Part shown: positions 35,787-49,088 of the stretch, in pieces
Layout: the number at the start of each line of letters is the position of its first letter
How positions within the stretch are numbered: position 1 is the first letter of the stretch
Origin: Felis catus
Lineage: Eukaryota
Direction of reading: 5' to 3'
DNA length: 64,000 bases
NCBI RefSeq assembly: GCF_018350175.1
Contig: NC_058368.1
Span: 135,658,001-135,722,000 of the forward strand
Made by a program: the position numbers and the translations under genes
The notes under the pieces: model-generated
Seen by the model: the letters and a program-made list of their open reading frames with translations, nothing else
What the model was told of the DNA's origin: nothing
The model's database searches: none

Positions 35787-36691
35787 TAAATAAAAATTTT
35801 TAATGTTTATATTTATTTATTTACTTATTTACTTAATTTATTCATTTAGAGAGCATGAGCAGGGAGGGGCAGAGAGGGAGACACAATCCGAAGCAGACTC
35901 CAGGCCCCAAACTGTCAGCACAGAGCCCAATGCGGGGTTCGGACCCACAAACCATGAGATAATGACCTGAGCTGAAGTCGACGCTTAATTGACAGAGCCA
36001 CCCAGGTGCCCCTGGAAAGTTTATTTTTTAATAAAGGCTCTAAATCATGGCACTTCTTTGTCCATATTCATTTCTTAAACACAGTCATAAAGGAAAATGA
36101 AAAATGTTTATTTATAAAAGTAACCCAGAAAGTCTGTCTTTTAAATGACTTCAGAATGAGAATCTGATGTAGATATTTACATAGAAACTTGCTTTTTCTC
36201 TCTGTACTAGAAATCTAAGCTTCTGCTGCTTTTGAGCTTTCTACCTGTATTGAGGTCATTGACAAAGTTGTAAGATGGTTAAAGTGTACAACATGATTTG
36301 ATATACATCGTGAAGAGATTCCCACAGTTGGGTTAACACATTACCCCACATATTTACCTTTTTTTTTTTTTGGTGAGAACATTTTAAGTTCTACTTAGCA
36401 AATTTCAGTTACACAATACAGTATTACCTACTACAGTCACCACTTTTGAGCTTTAAGAACACAGTATCTGGTTTCATCAGTGGTGACTTAAAACAATTTT
36501 TTAAAATAAAGTTTATTTGTTTTGAGAGAGAGGGAGAGAATCCCAAGCAGGCTCCACCCTGTCAGTGTAGACCCTGATGTAGGGCTCCATCTCACAAACC
36601 ATGAGATCATGACCTGAGCCAAAGTCAAGACATGGATGCATAACCAACTGAGCCACCCAGGTGCCCCAAAACAAAATTTTTTTGGCCTAGG

Positions 36692-37060
36692 CTTTATTTT
36701 TATTTTTATTGGATTTAGGTTCACTGCAAAATTGAGAGAAAGTAGAGTTCCTATATACTTACTGCTCCTACACATTCACAGCCTTACCCACTAACACCAT
36801 TCCTTCTAGCCTGGTATGTTTGTTACAACTGAACCTATATTAACATGTCATTATCCCTCAAAGGTGGTACATTGTATGGATTTTAACGTGTATAATGACA
36901 CATACTTATATTACGGTATCATAGAAGAGTTTCACTGTCCTAAAAACCATTGTGCTCTGCCTATTTGTCCCTGGCAATCAATTATTCTGTTACTGTCTCC
37001 ATAATTTTGCCTTTTCCAAAATGTCATATAGTTGGAGTCATTCAGTATGTAAGTTTTCAA
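36692..37060 (-). mobile_element. L1MC1-like 3' end
   Basis: tttaggttcactgcaaaattgag ... tttgttacaactgaacctatattaacatgtcattatc. Confidence 0.7.
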
Positions 37061-37979
37061 ATACCATCTTTTGCTCCCACCAGTGATGTGTGTGAGTGCC
37101 TCTTTCCCTACAGCCGCCCCAGAATGTGTTACCCAAATTATGTATGTTGACCAGTTGGATGGGTGAAACTAGTGTTTCAGCATAGTTTAAATTTTATTAG
37201 AAGGGCCCATTTTGGCGCTTGGTAAAGTATTTTTAAAACTCTTCCCAGATTCAGAAGCCGCCAACCTAGGTCATCAAAACAAATTTATCACTGTACTTGA
37301 AGTCGTTTATGGCTACATTACCTACAAAATTATGTTAAATGGCCACAACATATTGTGTATCAGAAATTATAACAACATAAAAATTAATGTTCACAAAATT
37401 TCATGTAATTTTGAGGGAATGATACTGAAGAGTTATGTTTAGTCGGTTAAGTGTCTGATTTCGGCTCAGGTCATGGTATCACTGCTGGTGGGTTCAAGCC
37501 CTCCCCTCCACGGCTGTTGGGGATCTGTGCTGGCAGCGCAGAACCTGGAGCTGCTTTGGAGTCTGACTCCCTCTCTCTCTCCCCTCCCCCGCTCACACTC
37601 TGTCGCTCTCTCTCTGAAAAATAAACAACAAAAAAAAATTAAAAAAGAAAAATGAACTTTTGAGTTCTCATACTGGAATCAGGCAGCAGTTTAATATCAG
37701 GACTAATGGCAGAGAAAACAAGACCGTATCAAGTAACGCCAGTAAGGCAGAGAGTAAGAGGTTGCCTTGTATAGTCCTCGAAATGCCTACTCTTTCTGAG
37801 CTTGCCACTAACTCCCAAGTTTAACGAACTCGTTAGTTTTAGGATGCCACATGACTTTGTATTACCTATTTGGTTTCAGACTAAATTTTGGATTCTACTT
37901 AAAATAGAAACTGGCTATCTGGAAAGGAAATGGCCCTAGTTTACTCATAACCCGATGAGCAAAACAAACCCAACATCAC

Positions 37980-38800
37980 AAACCTTCGCGGGCAAAACAA
38001 AACAATGGAAAGCACGTGGGGCAGTTCCTAGGCGTGAATTGAGGCGGGGCGGGTCGGCGCCCAGCGTGGGCTGGCTACGCAGTGGAGGAGGATCCGGCGC
38101 GAGCGCACGCTCGCCCCTCCTCCATGACGCCACAGGCAGGCCCCGCCCCCCAGCTGCCCAGGTCTCCTGTTATCTCTGCGGCTAGCAAGCGCCCCGGAAG
38201 CTGCCCCATCTCGGGGTCATGATGGGCAGCAAGATGGCGTCTGCCAGCAGGGTCGTTCAGGTAAGGAAATTTGGTCACTTTTCCGCACCGTGGGCGGTAG
38301 GGATGGTGCTGATTATAGCAAAAGCGCTGGGAAGAAAAGGCGGTGGCGGAGGCTGCGCGGTGACCGCGGCCCTGGGTAGGGCCAGCGGCACCGCCCGAGG
38401 ATATGTGTGAAAATTGGACCTAGAACCCAATGAGTCGGGCAGTGAGCCGGAGACCAAAGCCGAGGGTTCGAGCCAGGCCGCGGGAGTGCTGTGTATGAGC
38501 ACGTAGGCAAAGAGCTGCTGCGCGGTCCCTAGACTGTATCCTGCCAGGACCTCAGTAGCCCTCTTAGAGGAGTCTGCGGGCTAGGCTGCCCTGGCAATAG
38601 TCTCGGCCAATCGGCGTCTAGTATTGCCTGCGGTGTCCCACATCAGCCAATCGGAAGGAAGGCGTTAACGGCGCGTAGAAGGAAGCGAACCGTGCATCTG
38701 ACCCGGTGTCCCTTCAAGGTCTTGGGAATGGCCAGAGAACTGGCCCCGCGGGCGGAGTCCTCACCCCAGGCGTATTCTCCCTCACCAATCCGAGCGTCTG
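37980..38800 (+). promoter_or_regulatory. MRPS36 CpG-island promoter
   Basis: E-box CACGTG 38013-38018, GC boxes near 38041-38053 and 38141-38149, ETS CCGGAAG 38194-38200, YY1-type CAAGATGGCG 38230-38239. Confidence 0.82.
38219..38260 (+). CDS. MRPS36: MRPS36 / KGD4 (2-oxoglutarate dehydrogenase complex subunit), exon 1
   Basis: MMGSKMASASRVVQ with donor CAG|gtaagg. Confidence 0.95.
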
Positions 38801-39299
38801 GTTACAGGCTGGATGGGGACAATTGGAGGGGGGGAAATATATATTATTTGTTTGTAATACATGTTTTGTTGTTACCCAAGTTTTTTTTGTTTTTGTTTTT
38901 GTTTTGCCCTGAGTTTGTATTGGTAGCTGGAGGAACTTTGTTAATCCACACATCAATAATTAACTCCTGGTAGCTTCTGTATTTGCTTCTTCAGTTGTGA
39001 TCGCTAACTTAAATAGGACAGGTAAAGTTGGTATATAAAGGGACACAACCTCCACTTTTGTGGCTGTTTTACACAATCTCTTTTAAATTCCGGAAGTGTA
39101 CTGTATGGTTTTTAACTTTGATATAAGAAGTGCATTTCCCTTTGTACAAATACATGTCTTAAAAAGACCTTTTCTTAAAGTTGTTTCAGTCAGAAAGATA
39201 ATCTTAAATCCTAGCCTTGGGTCCCATTGCATAATGATTCTATTACTCATTCAGTAGGTAGATATTAAGCATTAACTAATTAAAGATAATATGAGGATT

Positions 39300-39850
39300 A
39301 GGAGAACTTTGGGCAAAGGACTGGTTGGTATCCGTAATGTATAACCATACATGTTCATAATACATAGCTCAATTTTAAAATGGGTTAAAAAGTTGAAATG
39401 GCACAAAAGAAGATACACGAGTCTGTGAAAAGATGTGGAACTTCATTGCTTACCAGGAAAATACCAATTAAAACCAGGAAGTACTACTACATCTACCAAA
39501 ATTATTCAGAGTTTAAAAACTGTCAGTACCAAAAGTACTGATGACAGTGTGAAGCATCTGAAACCCTCATCCATTGTTGTTAGGGGTATAAATGGAATAG
39601 CCACTCTGGAAAACTTTTATTAGTCTCCAGTAATTAAATATAGCTTCCCTGTGATGCAGTTTTACTTATAGGTTTATACCCAAGAGAAATGAGTGCGTAT
39701 ACCTACAAAGAGACTTAGATAAAAATGTCTGTAGCCACTTTATGCCATAATGACCCCCAAACCAGAAAAAATCCAAGTGTCCATTAGGAGGATAAACAGA
39801 TTGTGGTAGATTTATTAAAATGGAAGAGTACACAGTAATGAGCTACTAAC
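39300..39850 (+). mobile_element. Old L1M ORF2 3' fragment
   Basis: Degenerate ORF2 C-terminal sequence, e.g. gaaaccctcatccattgttg, ccactctggaaaac and atacccaagagaaatga. Confidence 0.7.
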
Positions 39851-42800
39851 TACTGATAAGGAAGAAAAAAAGATACTGTGAGATGCGCAGTAAGGAATGG
39901 TCTGTCTTCCTCTAACAGAGCTGCAAAGACTTGTACTCATATCCATAATACAAAGTGGTTTTTGCTAACATTATGCAATAATTACATATAACCTTAGCAA
40001 AATTTATTGAGTACTTCTGTGTCACGTCTGTACTCAGTGCTGAGACTATAGCACCAACAAGCCAGACATGGTGCCTCCATAGAACTTAGAATTTGGCTCT
40101 TAATTCATACCTTAAAGAAAGAGTAGTATTTCAACAAACTGGCACAAACTGATGGGAATTCATAAGGCATGGTGTCAATATTCAGTAGAGAAATTTGGCT
40201 CGACTATAAGGTATTCAGAAATAATTTTAGTAGAATAAGTTATAGGGGCGCCTGGGTGGCTCAGACTTTCACAGGCAAATCCCTGGTTCCTCCAAACATC
40301 GCTGTAAATATATGTACTCATTTGCTGAGTCCTACAATAGATTCAAAATGGTTTCAAAATTGCTATATTTATACAGCTACCAACACCAACATATTAAGTA
40401 AAAAGTTCAAGTTTTCTTAGTACTGTATTTATTATTATCATTGCCTTTAGATGACAGTACAGAGTATAAGTACTATGAAAGTTATTTGGATTAGTTCCTT
40501 TTTTCCCCCCTTAGTTATGTTACCCAACTGATACACAGGTAGAATTGCTTCTTTGGGGGTGCCTGGGTGGCCCAGTTGGTTAAGTGCCGACTTTGGCTCA
40601 GGTCGTGGTCTCAAGGTTCGTGAGTCTGAGCCTCACATCAGACTCACTGACAGTGTAGAACCGGCTTTGGATCCTTTATCTCCCTCTCTCTCCGCCTGTC
40701 TTCTGCACACACACCTGTGCAAGCACCTGCACACACTCTCTCTCTCCCTCAAAATAAACATTAAAAAAAAAGGAATTGCTTCTTTGTGTTTACATTTAGA
40801 GTCTAAACATTTTTTTAATGTTTGTTTATTTTTGAGAGAGGAAAAGTGAGTGGGGCAGGGGCAGAGAGAGGGAGACAGGATCTGAAATGGTTCTGTGCTG
40901 ACAGCAGAGAGCCTGATGTGGGGCTCGAACTCTCAAAGCATGAGATCATGACTGGATCCAAAGTCAGACACTTAACCAATTGAGCCATCCACATGCCCCT
41001 ACATTTAGAGTTCCAAAGCAAATTTTGGGGCGCCTCCATGGCTCAGTCATTTGAGCGTCCAGCTTTGGCTCAGGTCATGATCTCATGGTTCATGAGTTTG
41101 AACCATGTCTCTGTGCTGACAGCTGAGCCTGGAGCCTGCTTCAGATTCTGTGTCTCCCTCTCTCCCTCTCCAATTCATGCTCTGTCTCTGTCTCTCTTTC
41201 ACAAATGAATAAACATTTAAAAAAAAAATTTTTTAAGTAAATATTGAGGTGTCTGGGTGGCTCAGTCAGTTAAACGTCCAGTTCTTTATCTCAGCTCAAG
41301 TGTTGATCTCAGGGTCGTGGGTTCAGGCTCTGCACTGAGCCTGAAGCCTACTTAAAAAAAAAATTTTTTTTTTAATTTAAAATAAATAAAAAGCAGATTC
41401 TGAGAGAGGAAAATTTGAGCATAAGTATTAGATGATATTAAAGAATTATTTTTAATTTATTGTGGTAAAATGTGTAGAGATTATGGTTTGACAAAAATCT
41501 TTTTATGTTAGTGATACATATGGAAGGTATTAACAGGTTAGAGGAGAGGGTTGGGATTTGTTTAATGGAGGAAGGGGTGATGAATTAAGATTGTCGCTAT
41601 TGCTGTTGAAATTGTGTAATGTGTTTATCAGGGTTTATTTCATTTTTTGTTTATTAGGGTTTATTACAGTACTGGCTCTACTCGTATATTTAGGAAAATG
41701 CCTTTTAAAAAAGGGGACACCAGGGGCACCTAGCAGCTCAGTCAGTTAAGCATCCAGTTCTTGATTTCAGTTTAGGTTGTGATCTTGCAGTTCATGGGTT
41801 TGAGCCCCAAGTCTGGCTCTGTGTCCACATTGAGTAGATTGCTTGGGATTCTCTCTCTCCCTCCCTCTCCTGCTCCCCTGCTTTCTCATACGCATGTGCT
41901 CTGTCTCAAAATTAATAAATAAACTTAAAAAAAAAAAAAAAAAAACAAAGAGGGCACCAGTCTGGAAATTTAATCTATAAGGGCATATTATGTCATATTT
42001 TTAAGTGTGCGTAAGCATTGTTGAAATGGATTTTTCTCTCTTGTGTACGTATCATCGTTTAAGTGTGTGTATCCATACTCACATACCTATACAGTTAGTC
42101 CTGTCTCACAAATGGTCTCTGTTCACACTTGGCAAATGTTTCCTCAACATTTACTGCATACCTGGCAGTACTGCAGAAGTGCTAGTTCTCTGACTCTGCC
42201 TTTTGCAGGAGATTAGCTGTCCTCTAATCATTGGCTCATTGATCTAGGAACAGAAAAGTACTTCAGAATACCTGGAGTAAAAGATGTAGAAGACAGAGCT
42301 GAGAAGTGAGGCTGGAGAGGGAGGGAGAGGCAGATCAGGGTGGGCCTAGTGAATGCCAAATATGAGCTTGAAGTTTATCCTGAAAGCTGTTGGACATTTT
42401 TAAAGCTTTTAAATGGGGTGTTGATAGCATATGGATAGAACATTCTTTGAAGAAGATTGGCTGTGAAAAGGAAGAAATAGTTACTAGAGGGAGAATTGGG
42501 TTTCATTTTTGTTTTGTTTTGAGAGAGAGAATGTGTATGAGCAGAGAAGAGAGAGAGGGAGAATCCTAAGCAGTCTTCTTGCCCAGCATGGAGCTGGACA
42601 TGGGGCTCAGTTTCACAGATTGACACACAGTGTGACATTAGAGTTTTGTTTTTTACCATTAGACTTGACTGTGAACTTATGCTGAGGGAGACAACTCTAT
42701 TCCAGAATTTTCTCACAGGAGCACAATTATAGTGGGGTTTTCAGGCCAGTCCCAACAAGCCTATTTATTTCCGTATTCATATGAAATGTATATTATGTAG

Positions 42801-43443
42801 TGGGGTGCCTGGGTGGCTCAGTTGGTTGGGTGTCCTACTTTGGCTCAGGTCATGATCTCACAGTTTGTGAGTTCAACCCCTGGTCAGGCTCTGTGCTGAC
42901 AGCTCAGAGCCTGGAGCCTGCTTCAGCTTCTTTGTCTCCCTCTCTCTCTGCCCCTCCCCTGCTCTCACTCTGTCTCTCTCTAAAAAATAAACAAACATTA
43001 AAAAAAAATTTTTAAATGTATTATATAGTACATATATACAAATATTTTGGAGATAAACATACAGCTCAATATCACTAGTTACAGAGCAACTTCTAGATTA
43101 CTTTAGTTGAAAATAGTACTGTTCATTAGAGTCTTAGCATTGTATATTCAGAAAATTTCATGCTGAAAGGTCCATTTAAGTTTCTCTCTAGCAGGGGTGC
43201 CTAGGTGGCTCAGTTAAGCGTCTGACTTTGATTTCGGCTCAGATCATGATCTCTTGGTTTGTGAGATTGAGCCCCACATCGGGCTGTGCACTGATAGCAC
43301 AGGAGGGCCTGCTTGGGATTCTCTCTGTCCCTCCCATGCTCGTGCACTCTCTCTTTCTCAAAATAAACAAACTTAAAACAAAGTTCCTCTACAGCATTAT
43401 CTAGAATTCTAGGGGTAAAACAGCAATACCCTGCAAATATCTG

Positions 43444-45403
43444 GGTTTTTTTATTAATTTAATTTAATTTAATTTAATTTAATTTTTTAAATTTACACCC
43501 AAGTTAGCGTATAGTGCAACAATGATCTCAGGGGTAGATTCTTTAATGCTCCTTACCCATTTAGCCCATCCCCCCTCCCACAACCCTTCCAGTAACCCTC
43601 TGTTTGTTCTCCATATTTAAGAGTATCTTATGGGGGTGCCTGGGTGGCGCATTCAGTTAAGCGTCCGACTTCAGCCAGGTCACGATCTCGCGGTCCGGGA
43701 GTTCGAGCCCCGCGTCGGGCTCTGGACTGATGGCTCAGAGCCTGGAGCCTGTTTCCGATTCTGTGTCTCCCTCTCTCTCTGCCCCTCCCCCGTTCATGCT
43801 CTGTCTCTCTCTGTCCCAAAAATAAATAAACGTTGAAAAAAAAAAATTAAAAAAAAAAAAAAGAGTATCTTATGTTTCGTTCCCCTCCCTGTTTTTATAT
43901 TATTTTTGCTTCCTTTCCCTTGTGTTCATCTGTTTTGTATCGTAAATTCCTCATATTAATGAAGTCATATGATACTTGTCTTTCTCTGACTAATTTCGCT
44001 TAGCATAATGCCCTCTAGTTTCATCCGTGTAGTTGCAAATGGCAAGATCTCATTCTTTTTGATTGCCGAGTAATAGTCTGTTGTATATATATGTACCACA
44101 TCTTCTTTACCCATTCATCGATGGACATTTGGGCTCTTTCCATACTTTGGCTATTGTTGATAGTGCCACTACAAACATTGGGATACATGTGCCCCTTTGA
44201 AACAGCATACCTGTATCCCTTGGATAAATGCTTACTAGTGCAGTTGCTGGATCATAGGGTAGTTCTATTTTTAATTTTTTGAGGAACTTCCATACTGTTT
44301 TTTCTTTTTTTTAGATGGGATTTTCTTTAAAAAAATTTTTTTAATGCTTATTTATTTTTGACAGAGAGAGACAGCATGAGTGGGGAAGGGGCAGAGAGGG
44401 AGGGAGACACAGAATCCAAAGCAGACTCCAGGCTCTGAGCTGTCAGCACAGAGCCCGACACGGGGCTCAAACTCACGGACCGAGAGATCATGACCTAAGT
44501 CGAAGTCGGATGCTCAACTGACTGAGCCACCCAGGAGCCCCAAGGAATCTCCAAACTGTTTTCCAGAGTGGCTGCACCAGTTTGCATTCCCACCAGCATT
44601 GCAAAAGAGATCCTCTCTCCACATCCTCGCCAACATCTGTTGTTGCCTGAGTTGTTAACGTTAGCCCTTCTGACGGGTGTGAGGTGGTATCTCATTGTTG
44701 TTTTGATTTATATTTCCCTGATGATGAGTGATGTTGAGCATTTTTTCATGTGTCAGTTGGCCATCTGGGTGTCTTCTCTGGTGAAGTGTCTGTTCATGTC
44801 TTTTGCGCATTTCTTCACTGGATGATTTGTTTTTTGGGTGTTGAGTTTGATAAGTTCTTTATAGATTTTGGATACTAACCCTATCTGATATATCATTTGC
44901 AAATATCTTCTTCCGTTCTGTCGTTTGCCTTTTAGTTTTGCTGATTGTTTCCTTCTCTGTGCAGAAGCTTTTTATTTTGATGAGGTCCCAGTAGTTCATT
45001 TTTGCTTTTGTTTCCCTTGCCTCCGGTGACATGGTGAGTAAGAAGTTGCTGAGGCCAAGATCAAAGAGGTTTTTGCCTGCTTTCTCCTTGAGGATTTTGA
45101 TGGCTTCCTGTCTTACATTGAGGTCTTTCATCCATTTTGAATTTATCTTTGTGTATGGTGTAAGAAAGTGGTCCAGGTTCATTCTTCCGCATGTCGCTGT
45201 CCAGCTTTCCCAGCACCACTTGCAGAAGAGACTGTTTTTATTCCATTGGATATTCTTTCCTGCTTTGTCAAAGATTAGTTGCCCATACCTTTGTGGGTCT
45301 ATTTCTGGGTTCTTTATTCTGTTCCAGTGATCTGAGTGTCTGTTCTTGTGCCAGTACCATACTGTCTTGATGATTACAGCTTTGTAATACAGCTTGAAGT
45401 CCG
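43444..45403 (-). mobile_element. 5'-truncated felid-type L1 (about 2 kb including two inserted SINEs)
   Basis: ORF2 remnants [22 protein letters not shown] and [12 protein letters not shown] tgcaaatatctg at 43432-43443 and 45404-45415. Confidence 0.92.
43632..43860 (+). mobile_element. Young SINEC_Fc-type CanSINE inside the L1 3' UTR
   Basis: TSD aagagtatcttatg at 43619-43632 and 43861-43874. Confidence 0.93.
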
Positions 45404-45622
45404 TGCAAATATCTGTTTTAAAATCAAGGGGTGCCTGGGTGGCTCAGTGTGACTTTGTCTCGGGTCATGATCTCGCAGTTTGTGAGTTCTAGCCCCACGT
45501 AGAGCTCTGTGCTGACAGCTCAGTGGGTGGAGCCTGCTTCATATTCTGTCTCCCTCTCTCTCTGCCCCTCCCCCACTCACACTCTATGTGTCTGTCTCTC
45601 TCTCTCAAAAAATAAACATTAA

Positions 45623-45838
45623 GGGGCGCCTGGGTGGTGCAGTTGGTTGGGCGTCCGACTTCAGCCAGGTCACGATCTCGCGGTCTGTGAGTTCGAGCCC
45701 CGCGTCGGGCTCTGGGCTGATGGCTCAGAGCCTGGAGCCTGCTTCAGATTCTGTGTCTCCCTCTCTCTCTGCCCCTCCCCTGTTCATGCTCTGTCTCTCT
45801 CTGTCCCAAAAATAAATAAACGTTGAAAAAAAAAAATA
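45623..45838 (+). mobile_element. Young CanSINE inserted in the tail of an older SINE (which starts at 45428)
   Basis: TSD aataaacattaa at 45611-45622 and 45839-45850. Confidence 0.9.
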
Positions 45839-46757
45839 AATAAACATTAAAATAAATTACAATAAATGAATGAATAAATAAAAATATTCGCAAATACGTG
45901 TTTCCATGGGTTTAGAAAAAAGACTAAAAGGGCCAACAAATGTTTAATCTGGTTTTTGTGGGTTTGGGGATTATAGACTGTGTTTTCTTATTTGTGGCTT
46001 TTCACCATTTCTTCCAAAGTTTTTACACAGAGCATGTGTTACTTTATAGTCGGAAAAAGCTTTTTTTTAATTACCTAATTTTCTTTCTTCCTTCCTTTCT
46101 TTCTTGCTGTCTTTCTGTCTTTCTTTCTTTTTTTCTTTTTTTTAAGTTTGTTTATTTACTTAGCTCATGAGCAGGGGAGGGGTAGAGAGAGAGGGAGAGA
46201 GGGAATCCCAAGCAAGCTCTAGGCTGTCTGCACACGATCCCATGAACTGTGAGATCATGACCTGAGCCAAAATCAAGAGTCGGACATTCAACTGACTGAG
46301 CCACCTAGTCACCCTAAATTAGCTAATTTTCAATATGCTTTCTATCCTGTTCTGCACTGCTAGATAATTGGCCGTGGTAGGAAAACAACATTCAATATAA
46401 GTCAGGACACTTCTAATTCTTACCCAGCAGCAGGGTAATATATGTCATACAACATAAAATCTGTGTCATCTTTTTTCATAGGGTTGTTTTGAGGTCAGTT
46501 GGTAGTATAGTAAAATGTCTTCTAATGTGTAAAGTCCAAAGGTATTATGAAGAGTAGATAAGATAAATTAAAAGTTCATAGACCAGCTTTCCTAGTTGGG
46601 GAAGATAAAATAGTAATATTCAAGTTGCTGTCAAATATTAAGTTATTTTGTTTTAACAAAGGTATCTATGAAGTTCAGTACATTGTTTTTTTTATAGAGT
46701 TAATGAGTTTAGTGCTTCATCTTTTTTTTTTTCCCATATATTTTATTTTTCCTTTAG

Positions 46758-46821
46758 GTAGTCAAGCCACATACTCCATTAATAAGGTTCCCTGACAGAA
46801 GAGACAATCCTAAACCCAATG
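46758..46821 (+). CDS. MRPS36: MRPS36 / KGD4, exon 2
   Basis: ctttag|GTA...G|gtaagt. Translates to VVKPHTPLIRFPDRRDNPKPN. Confidence 0.96.
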
Positions 46822-48075
46822 GTAAGTTGTGTTTTAGACTTTTTAAAAATTAGGTACAGATATATTTATACGTGAATTTCTATTATAGGCATTATTTCAC
46901 ATTTTAAAATCAGGGAGACCATTATAGCTTAGATCAAAACAGTTTATTAAGTTGCACATGCAGAAATTAACTTCTTATTACCTCCATTTAAAAAGGTAGT
47001 GACTCAGTAGAACATGTCTTTGAACTTTTTTTAAGAGTTTTTTTTGAAGTAATCTCTACACCTACTGTGGGGCTTGAACTCACAACCCTGAGATCAAGAG
47101 TCGCGTGCTACACCAACTGAACCAGCCAGGCACCCCTGTCTCTGAATTTTTTTTTTTCAATGTTTATTTATTTTTGAGACAGAGAGAGACAGAGCATGAA
47201 CAGGGGAGGGGCAGAAAGAGAGGGAGACACAGAATCCAAAGCGGGCTCCAGGCTCTGAGCTGTCAGCACAGATCCCGACGCGGGGCTCGAACTCACAGAC
47301 CGTGAGATCATGACCTGAGCCAAAGTCGGACGCTTAACTGATGGAGCCACCCAGGCGCCCCTGTCTCTGAATTTTTAATGATATTGTGATTATACAGGGA
47401 AATTTTTGTTCTTTGTTTTCTTCTGTCCTTTATTTAAAAGATTCTCTCATGCTTACATTGGAGAGGTTGTAAGGCACAGTAGCCATTCTTATATTTTTCT
47501 CCTAGCTAACCTTTTCTTTCATTGACTGATATATTCATTTAGTCAATAGATACAGACTGCCTTAGACCTGAGTAATCATTGATTATAAAGTAATTGAAGA
47601 TTCTGAACAAGTCCTGTTTTCCCCTTATCCCTCACTTTTAGCAAATCCTTTGTCTCTGTTTTTAATTAATTCCAGTATAGTTAACTTACAATGTACAATA
47701 TATTCAACAATTCTATACATTACTCATTGATCATTATGATTGTCCCTGTTTTTATTATAAGATATTTAACCTTTAATTCAGGGAGGAGTGGAAGAATTTT
47801 TATAGGGATATTTTTAATTTAACTTATTGTAACTTTTTTTTTTAATGTTTATTCATTTTTGAGAGAGAGAGACAGTGTGAGTGGGGGAGGGGCAGAGTGA
47901 GAAGGAGACAAAGAATCAAAGTAGGCTCCAGGCTCCTAGCTGTCAGCACAGAGCTCAACGCAGGGCTCGAACCCATGAACCGTAGGATCATGACCTGAGC
48001 CGATTTTGTAGGTTTAACCGACTGAGCCACCTAGATGCCCCTAACTTATTGTAACTCTTAAAGAATTAAGATATA

Positions 48076-48286
48076 GGGGTGCCTGGGTGGCGCAGTCGGT
48101 TAAAGCGTCCGACTTCAGCCAGGTCACGATCTCGCGGTCCGTGAGTTCGAGCCCGGCGTCAGGCTCTGGGCTAATGGCTCAGAGCCTGGAGCTTGTTTCC
48201 GATTCTGTGTCTTCCTCTCTCTCTGCCCCTCCCCTGTTCATGCTCTCTCTCTGTCCCAAAAATAAATAAATGTTGAAAAAAAAAAA
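48076..48286 (+). mobile_element. Young SINEC_Fc-type CanSINE
   Basis: TSD aaagaattaagatatagg at 48060-48077 and 48287-48304. Confidence 0.9.
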
Positions 48287-48900
48287 AAAGAATTAAGATA
48301 TAGGTGATAAAGGGGGCACCTGAGTGGCTCAGACAGTTACGTGTCTGACTTCAGCTCAGGTCATGATCTCATAGTTCATGATCTCGAGCCCCACATCGGG
48401 CTCTCTGCTATCAGCTCAGACCCCACTTCAGATCCTCTGTCCCCTCTCTCTCTGCCCCTCCCCTGCTCATGCCACCCCCCCCCAAAATATATAAACATTA
48501 AAAAATATATAGGTGAATAAAGAAGTATAAAGGTATTGAGAAAACTTCTCTTCATATACCAACTTTCTTATTCCCTATTATATTACCTGTAAACACCACC
48601 ATATGACAAAACTTAAGTGTGTAGATTATTCATATGGGTTATACTCTACTACCTAGAAATTTAATATTTTATAAACTTGTTCAGTTTAATAATTCATTAA
48701 CTTAAAGCTTCTTCCTTATTTGTTTTAAAAAGAACTTTTTGAAATTATTTATAGCTACCCAATTTATAGCTACTCAATAATACATTTTAGAATTATACCC
48801 AGCATTTGAAGAATGACTTGATTACTCAATAATAGATCATTCAAAATAGTATTTTAAGACACCTGAGCAATTTATTTCTCTAATTACATTTTTTTTTCAG

Positions 48901-49088
48901 TATCAGAAGTTTTGAGATCAGCAGGACTACCATCTCACTCTTCTTCAATTTCACAGCATTCTAAGGGAAGTAAATCACCAGATTTGCTGATGCATCAGGG
49001 TCCTCCAGACACTGCAGAAATAATAAAAACATTACCTCAGAAATACAGAAGGAAGCTTGTGTCTCAAGAAGAAATGGAATTTATCCAA
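48901..49088 (+). CDS. MRPS36: MRPS36 / KGD4, exon 3
   Basis: ttttcag|TA...CAA|gtatgt. Translates to SEVLRSAGLPSHSSSISQHSKGSKSPDLLMHQGPPDTAEIIKTLPQKYRRKLVSQEEMEFIQ. Confidence 0.97.
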
